NCBI GenBank assembly: GCA_041753395.1
Contig: JBGSUQ010000030.1
Coordinates: 10,133-74,132, forward strand
Direction of reading: 5' to 3'
DNA: 64,000 bases
DNA from: Spirochaetota bacterium
GTDB lineage: Bacteria; Spirochaetota; UBA4802; UBA5550
Position 1 is the stretch's first letter. Each line of letters starts with the position of its first letter. Below, piece after piece: positions 35,870 to 44,113 of the stretch. The notes below the pieces were generated by a model. The model saw only the letters and a program-made list of their open reading frames with translations, did no database searches and had not been told where the DNA came from. The position numbers and the translations under genes were made by a program.

Positions 35870-36760
35870 CTATATCCGATATCCTATCATTCCGGTAAGA
35901 TAGATGGTGTGGCGCTCGCCCGGAAGCCGGTCATAATCCAGAATCCCGCAGCCGAGGCCGAGCTCGATGAAGACGCGGTTCATAGTAAAGCCGAAGACCA
36001 TCCGGGCCCCCAGGTCGACCGGCTGCAGACGCTTTGTATAATTCATTTTCCTACCCCAGAGAAAAACGCTGTACCGCGCCTTGGCGAAAAAGAGCACGGC
36101 CACGTCCAGGCCGGCGCCCATGTAGAACTCTTCCAAAATATGGAAGCGGTACAACACCGGTATGGTGAAGTGATTGGTGTCGAAGCTCGATTTGTCCACG
36201 TACTTATTAAGCGGCGCGCTGTACAGAAATCCCATCGGCAGTCTCGTAATCATGGTAAACAGGCTAACATTAATAATTTTGACCTGTATGATCCTCTGTT
36301 CGAAAAAAAGACCGGCCGAGACACAGTGCTGCTTATGAATATAGAAGAGGGCCTCCATGCCGCCACGGAAGCCAACGGTGAAGGAGCCCTTTTCATATCT
36401 ATACTTGAATATGTCCTCCTTTGACTGCCGCGGACCCAGGATCCCGTAGCCAAAGGCCCCGATGCTGAAGCCCATGTGGAAGGAGAATAAATTCTTCTTC
36501 CTTCTAATAGAAGTATATTCTTTCAGGCGGGCTTCTATCCCGTCATCAACGGGCTTACCGTCCAGTTTTTTGGCCTTCTCGCTGTCAGGGTCCCGCCAAT
36601 CGCCGCCCTCGCTGTCATGCAAGCCGGAATCCGACTTATCCGGAGCGGCCTCGGTTTTCTGCGGACTGCGTTTTGTATCCGCGGCTACATTCATGGCGAA
36701 AAGCCCGGAATACCCGCCGGTGAGAAATATCAGGAGCGATATCAGAATTAACTTTTTCAT
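35870..36760 (-). CDS. outer-membrane beta-barrel (porin-like) protein
   Basis: Signal peptide MKKLILISLLIFLTGGYSGLFA, alternating beta-strand pattern, C-terminal ...GMIGYRI. Lies 27 nt upstream of hypF. Confidence 0.7.
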   Translation of the reverse strand: MKKLILISLLIFLTGGYSGLFAMNVAADTKRSPQKTEAAPDKSDSGLHDSEGGDWRDPDSEKAKKLDGKPVDDGIEARLKEYTSIRRKKNLFSFHMGFSIGAFGYGILGPRQSKEDIFKYRYEKGSFTVGFRGGMEALFYIHKQHCVSAGLFFEQRIIQVKIINVSLFTMITRLPMGFLYSAPLNKYVDKSSFDTNHFTIPVLYRFHILEEFYMGAGLDVAVLFFAKARYSVFLWGRKMNYTKRLQPVDLGARMVFGFTMNRVFIELGLGCGILDYDRLPGERHTIYLTGMIGYRI

Positions 36761-36867
36761 GCCTGGTCCCCGATTGTCAGATCAGCATAAGGCTAACCGT
36801 GATTACATAACCCCGTCAATACATTTTTGGATGAAAGTTAAACGGCGCGCGACCCGGCTCTGGAAAG

Positions 36868-37160
36868 GCCGGCGCTCCCCTCTCCTTAAAGCCTCGCCCG
36901 GGCTCCGCGCGCCTTATCCTTGGTAAGACCTCACCCGCACTCCGTGCACGCCGAACGCTTTTTGGACATCCTGTCCGCTTTCGGCACTAAAACATCCTGT
37001 TTAGCGCCTCTCTTTTTTTAAAAGGAGAAGGTTTCCGCAATAAAGAATTTTTTCTATTCTCCCCTCTCCATTTTATGGAGGGGCTCCCGACAGGATGTCG
37101 CAGTGGCGAGCGCAGACAGGACGTCCGAATAGCGCTCGCCGGCCGGGGTGAGGTCTCTGA
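36868..37160. repeat. cluster of GC-rich palindromic intergenic repeat units (same family as 62421-62582)
   Basis: Shares the ordered blocks TAAGACCTCACCC..., GCGCC(C)TCTC..AAAAGGAGA(A/G)GG, CCCCTCTCCATTT(T/G)ATGGAG(A)GGGG and GGGGTGAGGT with the 62.4-kb locus. Also has internal inverted repeats GACATCCTGTC/GACAGGATGTC. Confidence 0.75.
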
Positions 37161-37241
37161 AAAAAAAGTATAGACAGTTTTATCAACACCTGTCAAAAAG
37201 GATGTGATAGTATGATCGTGGAAAGAGGAAGGGGACTTCAC

Positions 37242-37910
37242 ATGGAAATCAAAATCCTGAAAGACATTCTGCAGCTAAATAAGAACGCAGCCGCCGAGGT
37301 CAAAGACCTTTTAAAGAAGAAAAAGGTATACATGATCGACATGATGAGCTCGCCGGGTTCCGGAAAGACAACACTGAACGACAAGCTGATTGGCGCGCTT
37401 AAAACTAAATACCGCATCGCAGTCATAGAGGGAGATATAAAGACAACCAAGGACGCCGAGCGGCTTGCCTGCCACAATATTCCGATCTTCCAGATCGAAA
37501 CTGACCGCTTTGGCGGCGACTGCCACCTGGAAAGCACCTGGATAAAAAAATGTCTGGACCAGTTCGACCTTGACAACCTGGACCTGGTCATCGTGGAAAA
37601 CATAGGCAACCTGGTGTGCCCCGCCGAATTCCAGCTGGGCGACGATGAGCGGATCGTGGTCCTCAGCATTACCGAAGGAGAGGACAAGCCGGCCAAGTAT
37701 CCCCTCATGTTTAATTCTTCGGACACCATGGTACTGAATAAAATGGACCTCCTCCCGCACCTCGATTACAGCGTGGACGAGTTGATGGACAACCTGAAAA
37801 AGGTTAACCCGAAGATCAGGGTTTTCCAGGTGAGCGCAAAAACCGGCGACGGTATGGGGCCATTACTGGAGCACATCAGTGGCAATATCGAAAAAAAAAT
37901 CCGGGCCTGA
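37242..37910 (+). CDS. hypB: hydrogenase nickel-insertion GTPase HypB
   Basis: GSGKTTL P-loop, GGDCHLE, ENIGNLVCPAEF, NKMDL. Start at the ATG behind GAGGAAGGGG. No His-rich or CxxCGC N-terminus. Confidence 0.92.
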   Translation: MEIKILKDILQLNKNAAAEVKDLLKKKKVYMIDMMSSPGSGKTTLNDKLIGALKTKYRIAVIEGDIKTTKDAERLACHNIPIFQIETDRFGGDCHLESTWIKKCLDQFDLDNLDLVIVENIGNLVCPAEFQLGDDERIVVLSITEGEDKPAKYPLMFNSSDTMVLNKMDLLPHLDYSVDELMDNLKKVNPKIRVFQVSAKTGDGMGPLLEHISGNIEKKIRA

Positions 37911-37943
37911 TCCGGTACTGCACAATCGGCCGGTATAACCATC

Positions 37944-39380
37944 ATGGGATTCAGCACAGTAACATTCCTGTTCTACTTTCTGCCGCTAATATTAATAGCG
38001 TATTGTGCCGTGCCGGCGAAGTACAAGATCCCCCTGCTCCTAGCAGGCAGCTATCTTTTTTATTTCTGGGGCTCCCCCACCGGCGCCGCCGTCCTGCTGC
38101 TGGGAACGGTCATCGACTACCTTTTCGGAAGCGCCATCCACCGGGCTGAACGCGCGAAGATGAAAAAAACCCTCCTCGCCGCTTCAGTAACGATCAATAT
38201 TCTCATACTTTTTTATTTCAAATACTCAAACTTTTTTGTCGGAGAGATAAACCGCGCCCTGACATTCTTCGGGGCCTCGTCGGTCCCCTGGACTGCGGTT
38301 ATATTCCCTGTGGGCATATCCTTTATAACATTCCACAAAATAAGCTACCTGGTGGACATTTACTACGGCCGGGTCGCGCCGGCAGAGAGCTTCACCACCT
38401 ACGCCATATACCTTGCGATGTTCCCGAAACTGACACAGGGGCCCATCGTGAGGTACCACACCATTTCGGAACAGCTGACAACACCGAAGTACAGCCTTGA
38501 CAACATGTTCGAGGGAAGCATCCGCTTCTGTGTCGGCCTCTCGAAAAAGGTACTCCTGGCAGACCCCATGGGAGCCGTGGCGAACCCCATCTTAAGCATG
38601 GATATATCATCCCTGACCGTGGGATATGCATGGCTCGGGATTGTCTGCTACAGCTTCCAGCTCTTTTTCGACTTTTCCGGCTACACCGACATGGCCATCG
38701 GCATCGGGCGGATACTGGGCTTCACCATCCCGGAAAACTTCAACCGCCCTTTCTATTCACAGAGCTTTACCGAGCATTGGACACGCTGGCACATCACGCT
38801 GAGCAACTTTTTCCTTGAATACGTCTATATACCGTTGGGTGGCAACCGCGTTGGCACATTGAAAACGTACCGCAACCTCTGGATTGTTTTTCTCGTCTCC
38901 GGCTTATGGCACGGTGCCAACTGGACCTATCTTGCCTGGGGTTTTTACAACGGCCTCTTCATATTCCTGGACCGCATTGTGCTGATCAGATTGCTGAAAC
39001 GGGTACCGGTGCCGCTGAAAATAGCGCTTTTCTACATGCTCCTCCTCGTGGGCTACGCGCTGTTCAGATCTGAAACCATCACCGGTGCCTTCCTATACAT
39101 CCAACGGATGTTCGACTTCACCGCCATTGGCGCAATCAACTCGCCGTTCCTTCTGTCAAAACTAATCGGCAACCGGGAGCTTTTCGTGATGGCGGTAAGC
39201 CTGCTGATATGCTTTTTTCCCCAGCCGGCCATTGAAAAATGCAGGCTCCTTATTACATCGCGAATAAGCGGTACAGGCATTGTCCGGCTGAAGATTGCAG
39301 CGGCATGCCTGATCTTCGTACTGTCGCTGATATCGCTGATTAACAACAGCTTCAGCCCATTCATATATTTCAGGTTTTAA
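37944..39380 (+). CDS. MBOAT-family O-acyltransferase (AlgI/DltB-like)
   Basis: Multi-TM with the MBOAT signature WTRWHITLSNFFLEYVYIPLGGNR. Confidence 0.88.
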   Translation: MGFSTVTFLFYFLPLILIAYCAVPAKYKIPLLLAGSYLFYFWGSPTGAAVLLLGTVIDYLFGSAIHRAERAKMKKTLLAASVTINILILFYFKYSNFFVGEINRALTFFGASSVPWTAVIFPVGISFITFHKISYLVDIYYGRVAPAESFTTYAIYLAMFPKLTQGPIVRYHTISEQLTTPKYSLDNMFEGSIRFCVGLSKKVLLADPMGAVANPILSMDISSLTVGYAWLGIVCYSFQLFFDFSGYTDMAIGIGRILGFTIPENFNRPFYSQSFTEHWTRWHITLSNFFLEYVYIPLGGNRVGTLKTYRNLWIVFLVSGLWHGANWTYLAWGFYNGLFIFLDRIVLIRLLKRVPVPLKIALFYMLLLVGYALFRSETITGAFLYIQRMFDFTAIGAINSPFLLSKLIGNRELFVMAVSLLICFFPQPAIEKCRLLITSRISGTGIVRLKIAAACLIFVLSLISLINNSFSPFIYFRF

Positions 39381-39382
39381 TA

Positions 39383-40531
39383 ATGAAGGATAAAAAAATT
39401 TTTATCATCGCGGCTAATATCTTCATAGCCATTGTGCTCATCCAGACCTATCTCCGCCCCATTAAAGACATGATACTGAGCGGCGCGGAAAAAAAAGCGG
39501 TTCCCGGCGTACCGGCCGTCAGCGACGTTATAACGGGAAAATTCCAGAACAGCATTGAAACGTGGCTCAAGCAGAACATAGGTTTCCGCGGCACCTTCGT
39601 AAAGACCGACAACCAGATAAATTTTTCCATCTTCAATGAATTCTCACGCAGCCACCCGAGGAAGATACTGCTGGGAAAAGACAAGCAGCTCTTTGAAGAA
39701 CATTATATTGATGCCTTCAACAAGAAAAACAGCCAGCCGGCATCCACCCTGCAGAAAAAGGCCGACGCATTGAAAGAGCTGCAGGAAAAACTTGCGGCCA
39801 GGAATGTCAAGTTCCTGCTTCTGGTATCACCCAGCAAGGCGACCATATATCCTGAATACCTTCCGGAGAAATACATCCTCCGTCATGCCGTATCAAAAAA
39901 AGATAATTACCAGATCATCATGCCCATGCTGAAACAAAACGGGGTCAACGTTCTTGACGGAAGGGAGCTTTTCCTGGAGATGAAGAAAAACGGAATCCCC
40001 CAGCTGTTCCCGTCGAGCGGTTCCCACTGGAGTCTCTACGGCGGATACCTGTTCGGGACCAGGCTGATCGTGAAGATGGAGCAGTTGCTGGGACGACACC
40101 TGGTGCACATGCCGGCGAAAAAGCTTATACCAAGCAGGGAGCCCATGGGGCTTGACAAGGATGTTGCCCGCCTCGGCAACCTCCTTTTCACCAGGTCACT
40201 CTTCACTGAATACATCTACCCCGAAACATACCCCGGTGCCCAGGCCGGATCATACCGGCCCGATATCCTCATGCTGGGTGACAGCTTCTGCTGGAACATT
40301 ATCCCCTATCTTGAGTCAAACAAGGTTTTTTCACGCCTTAATTTTTATTATTACTTCAACACAGATCATTCATTCCCCGATAAAAAGCATGCTCCCATCG
40401 ACAGGACCCGGGTTAATTGGAACCGCGACGTCTTCAACCGTGACATCATTCTAATTGAAATCAATGAAATTGCACTGGAAGAAGTCGGCTACGGCTTCCT
40501 TGAAACGGCACTGAGCGCCCTCGACCGTTAA
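39383..40531 (+). CDS. AlgJ/AlgX-like (SGNH-type) O-acylation partner protein, membrane anchored
   Basis: N-terminal TM and a GSHW motif (PSSGSHWSLYGG). Starts 2 nt after the MBOAT gene. Confidence 0.65.
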   Translation: MKDKKIFIIAANIFIAIVLIQTYLRPIKDMILSGAEKKAVPGVPAVSDVITGKFQNSIETWLKQNIGFRGTFVKTDNQINFSIFNEFSRSHPRKILLGKDKQLFEEHYIDAFNKKNSQPASTLQKKADALKELQEKLAARNVKFLLLVSPSKATIYPEYLPEKYILRHAVSKKDNYQIIMPMLKQNGVNVLDGRELFLEMKKNGIPQLFPSSGSHWSLYGGYLFGTRLIVKMEQLLGRHLVHMPAKKLIPSREPMGLDKDVARLGNLLFTRSLFTEYIYPETYPGAQAGSYRPDILMLGDSFCWNIIPYLESNKVFSRLNFYYYFNTDHSFPDKKHAPIDRTRVNWNRDVFNRDIILIEINEIALEEVGYGFLETALSALDR

Positions 40532-40551
40532 CCGCCCTCCCAATAAAATGA

Positions 40552-40565
40552 ACTGGCATGTCAGT
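40552..40565. promoter_or_regulatory. near copy (13/14) of the ACTGACATGTCAGT palindrome
   Basis: ACTGgCATGTCAGT, 92 nt upstream of the acyl-CoA ligase ATG at 40657. Confidence 0.5.
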
Positions 40566-40656
40566 TTTTTTATTGCATTTTCAGATGCCAATTTTATCAT
40601 TGTCAGACTGACCGGACGGATTACTTAAATAATACATATATATGTCAGGAGGTTCC

Positions 40657-42486
40657 ATGAGTACGCTGAATCTTAAAAACACCACGATACCGGTTGTCTT
40701 CAAGGAGCAGGTCGCAAAATACAGCGACCGCGCCTGCGTCGCATACCGGGACAATAAGCTGGGCAAATACGTCGACATATCCTGGAACGAGATGAACAGG
40801 ATGGCCCGACAGCTCGGATGCTATCTGCTTTCCGCGGGAGTGAAAAAAGGCGACCGCGTTGCCCTCTTCTCGCAAAACAGGCCGGAATGGTGGGTAGCCG
40901 ACCTGGCGATCCTCTCCGTGGGCGCGATCAATGTTCCGATCTACGCTACGAACTCGGCCGAGGAATCACGTTATATATTGATCAATTCCGGCGCGAAAAT
41001 ATGCATCGCCGGCTCCAAGGACCACATGGAGAAGATACTGGAAGCCAGGAAGAAGGTCCCCGGCTTCAAAACTACCATCGTCATTGATACCGTCAAAGCG
41101 CCGAACAAGTCCGTCATCACCTTCAACGAGGCATTGAAAAAGGGCGCGGCCTACAAGAACCAGGGCGAGCTCGACAGGAGAATAAAAGCCATCAAGGCGC
41201 AGGACCTTGCGACCATTATATACACTTCAGGCACCACGGGAGACCCCAAGGGAGTCATGCTGACCCATGACAACTTCGTATCAGACGCGCGCCAGATTAA
41301 TAACGACTTCAGCAAGTATATCGACGACACCCATGTTCTGCTGTCGTTCCTGCCGCTGTCGCACTCCCTGGAGCGGACGGCGGGCTACTACTTCCCGCTT
41401 TTTGCCGGATGCAAGGTGGCCTTCGCCGAAGATTTCGCCAAGGTGGTCGACAACATGAAGGAGGTGCGCCCTACCTTCATCATCAGCGTGCCGCGGCTGT
41501 ACGAGAAGATTCATTCCGTAATCCTTTCCCGCCTTCCTGAAGCGTCAAAGGTCAAGCAGTTCATGTTCAAACTGGCGGTTGCCACGGCGAAAAAAAACCT
41601 CCCCTACGTGTGCACCGACACGCCGCTGCCGGCGCTCCTGGGGCTCCGCGTCAAGCTCTTTGACAAGCTGGTGTTCTCGAAGTTCCGTGAAGGCCTTGGC
41701 ATGGAGCGCATGGAATTTGCCGTGTCCGGCGGGGCGCCCCTGTCAGTCTCTGACGCAGAGTTCTTCATCGGCATGGGCATCAAGATACTGGAAGGGTTCG
41801 GTCTTACGGAAACGACCCCGGTCACGAACGTAAACCCGCCCTGGAAGATAAAGCCCGGCACCGTTGGCCCCGTCCTTTCTGAGACCAAGGTCAGGATTTC
41901 CGACGAAGGGGAACTCCTCATCAAGGGACCCCAGGTCATGAAGGGATATTACAAGAATCCCAAGGCAACGAAAGAAGTCTTCACCAGGGACGGATGGTTC
42001 AGGACCGGCGACCTGGCCCGTATCGATGATGACGGCTACGTGGCCATAACCGGCAGGATCAAGGACATCATTGTCACCGCCGGTGGTAAAAACATTTCCC
42101 CGCAGAACATCGAGAGCAGCCTCAAGGGATCGAAATATATCGAGCAGGTGGCCATCATCGGCGACCGCCGGAAGTACCTTTCCGCGCTCATTATCCCGTC
42201 TTTTGAGAACGTACAGAAGTGGGCGAAGTCCAGAGGCCTGACCTTCTCGACCAGCAACGACATGGTCAACAGCAAGGAAGTGCACGATCTGATACAGGGC
42301 GAGATCACCAGGGAGATGAAGAGCTATGCCCGGGTCGAGCAGATCCGCAAGTTCTCGCTCCTTGACACCGAATGGACCCAGGACACGGGCGAAATAACCC
42401 CGTCCCTCAAGGTGAAGCGCAAAGTCGTCGAGGAAAAATATAAAAATGCCATTGAAGACATGTATCCCGCCGGAGGGAATGACTGA
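40657..42486 (+). CDS. long-chain fatty acid--CoA ligase (AMP-forming)
   Basis: AGGAGG RBS. AMP-binding motifs YTSGTTGDPKGV, GFGLTET, TGD...DGY...GR.KD. Confidence 0.9.
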   Translation: MSTLNLKNTTIPVVFKEQVAKYSDRACVAYRDNKLGKYVDISWNEMNRMARQLGCYLLSAGVKKGDRVALFSQNRPEWWVADLAILSVGAINVPIYATNSAEESRYILINSGAKICIAGSKDHMEKILEARKKVPGFKTTIVIDTVKAPNKSVITFNEALKKGAAYKNQGELDRRIKAIKAQDLATIIYTSGTTGDPKGVMLTHDNFVSDARQINNDFSKYIDDTHVLLSFLPLSHSLERTAGYYFPLFAGCKVAFAEDFAKVVDNMKEVRPTFIISVPRLYEKIHSVILSRLPEASKVKQFMFKLAVATAKKNLPYVCTDTPLPALLGLRVKLFDKLVFSKFREGLGMERMEFAVSGGAPLSVSDAEFFIGMGIKILEGFGLTETTPVTNVNPPWKIKPGTVGPVLSETKVRISDEGELLIKGPQVMKGYYKNPKATKEVFTRDGWFRTGDLARIDDDGYVAITGRIKDIIVTAGGKNISPQNIESSLKGSKYIEQVAIIGDRRKYLSALIIPSFENVQKWAKSRGLTFSTSNDMVNSKEVHDLIQGEITREMKSYARVEQIRKFSLLDTEWTQDTGEITPSLKVKRKVVEEKYKNAIEDMYPAGGND

Positions 42487-42496
42487 CGAGCACAGC

Positions 42497-42530
42497 AACG
42501 GCGCGGTAAAAACCGCGCCGTTGTTTTATC
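42497..42530 (+). terminator. intrinsic terminator
   Basis: aacggcgcggt-aaaa-accgcgccgtt followed by gTTTTaTc, 11 nt after the stop codon. Confidence 0.8.
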
Positions 42531-42770
42531 CTGGTCTGCATATTTTTCCTGCTATTCTAAAAACCCGTTCCTCTTTAAGCAATTATATTGAGAAATTTTT
42601 CATTATTAAACGCGAGTATGAACAAATTTGAAACATCGGACGGCGTATTGAAACTAATATCATGGGGCGATATATCGCACCTTACAGGAATAGAAGCCCT
42701 GGATGATTTTTAATCGCCTCGAGTTATTGTAGTGAATCAGAAACCGCATTACACAAGGAGGTTCTGCACC

Positions 42771-43139
42771 ATGAATAAAGCACGAAACGCCATGACGCTG
42801 ACACTACCGACCGCCCTGGCAATGATAATCGCCGCAACAATTTCCGCTACATGCAATCAGGGCACAGCTCCGAAAAAGCAGGTACGGGAATGGATCGCGA
42901 AAGGGGCCCTGATTGTCGACGTGCGGACTCCGGGCGAATTCAGCAGCGGCCACTATAACGGCGCCATAAACATCCCCCTCGCGGACATCGAGAAGAACCT
43001 TGACAGGTTCGGCAGCAGGGATGGCCTGATAGTAGTCTACTGCAGAACGGGAAACCGGAGCGGAAAAGCAAAGGCAATACTTGAAAAAAACGGTTTCAAG
43101 AATGTAATAAACGGCGGCGGCTTGAAAGACATGCCGTGA
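42771..43139 (+). CDS. secreted single-domain rhodanese (sulfurtransferase)
   Basis: AAGGAGG RBS, signal peptide, VDVRTPGEF, and active-site loop CRTGNRS. Confidence 0.85.
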   Translation: MNKARNAMTLTLPTALAMIIAATISATCNQGTAPKKQVREWIAKGALIVDVRTPGEFSSGHYNGAINIPLADIEKNLDRFGSRDGLIVVYCRTGNRSGKAKAILEKNGFKNVINGGGLKDMP

Positions 43140-43214
43140 CACATTACAGATTAAAAATATCATTGCCGGCGTGCTTATAATTGACAAATAGCCGCCGGCA
43201 CATCCAATACAGCC

Positions 43215-43811
43215 ATGATCAATCTTACAAAGAAGAATCTTGATAATGCCGCCGACGTATTATCACGTGCCTTTTACAAAGATCCTTTATTCAATTACTT
43301 TTTTCCTGAAGAAAACACGAGGAGGCAGCTGTCTTTTTATACGTTCAGGTTCATAGTGTCCCACACCCTTGCCAGGGGATTCGTTGTGGCAACCTCCGAA
43401 GCCTTTGAAGGCGCCGCCATATGGCTCCCGTCGGAACGGATCCAGCGGGGATTGATTGATCAAATCAGGTTCGGAGCCCTCACAACATTAATCCGCCAGG
43501 GAAAGAAAAGAATCGACCGCCAGATGAAGGCAAGCCATCACATGCAATCGATACACCGAGACCTGATAGCCTTACCCCACATCTACCTCTCGACAATCGG
43601 CATAGACGAGCCACATCGCGGAAAAAGACTGGCCTCCATCCTGATGCAGCCCGGACTCGACATGGCTGACAGGAAAAAACTTCCCTGCTACCTGGATACG
43701 CATAATGAGATCAACATAGGGATATATGAACGGTTCGGCTTTAAAGTCGTTCATGAATCAATAATCCCGGATTCATCAGTGCGTCACTGGTCGATGATAA
43801 GATACAGATGA
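43215..43811 (+). CDS. GNAT-family N-acetyltransferase
   Basis: 198 aa with acetyl-CoA motif HRGKRLAS and C-terminal YERFGF. Confidence 0.8.
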   Translation: MINLTKKNLDNAADVLSRAFYKDPLFNYFFPEENTRRQLSFYTFRFIVSHTLARGFVVATSEAFEGAAIWLPSERIQRGLIDQIRFGALTTLIRQGKKRIDRQMKASHHMQSIHRDLIALPHIYLSTIGIDEPHRGKRLASILMQPGLDMADRKKLPCYLDTHNEINIGIYERFGFKVVHESIIPDSSVRHWSMIRYR

Positions 43812-44066
43812 GACCATCGGCGCCGAATAATTATTTTTTCATGGAGATTCTCCTCCTGGTTAATAAAATATACCAGGCACAACCTCATCGTGTGCCGTGG
43901 CCTGTTATGGCATAAACTACCATTACCAGTCTTACTATTCGACCTTACCGCTAAGGCAGGACACGTTTTTCCTCAATATTTTCCGCTCCCTGGATACACA
44001 GCCGACCCCGGAGCTCTACTGTTCAGAAAGTAAAATAATGGGCCACCGGACACGGCCAAATACTAT

Positions 44067-44094
44067 TTGACACGTTGCTTTATGGGGATATTAT
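44067..44094 (+). promoter_or_regulatory. candidate sigma70-type promoter for the DUF2207-like gene pair
   Basis: TTGACA (44067-44072)-N16-TATTAT (44089-44094). GGAGGA RBS at 44101-44106 and ATG at 44114, which implies a very short leader. Confidence 0.35.
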
Positions 44095-44113
44095 TTCTTC
44101 GGAGGAACGCGCC

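Noticed and set aside
34895-36424. 509-aa plus-strand ORF
   Set aside because: It runs antisense across two well-supported minus-strand genes (hypF and the OMP gene). It shows no family motifs and is Arg/Pro/Gly-rich, as is typical for antisense frames in GC-rich coding DNA.
36462-37241. ORFs of 154 aa (+) and 84 aa (-) in the OMP-hypB spacer, and the 105-aa ORF at 49079-49396
   Set aside because: They consist of translated GC-rich palindromic repeat units (Pro/Ser/Gly-rich) and have no RBS or family signal.
42667-42678. 12-bp perfect palindrome GCGATATATCGC upstream of the rhodanese gene
   Set aside because: It is a single occurrence, short and AT-centred. There is not enough evidence to call it an operator.
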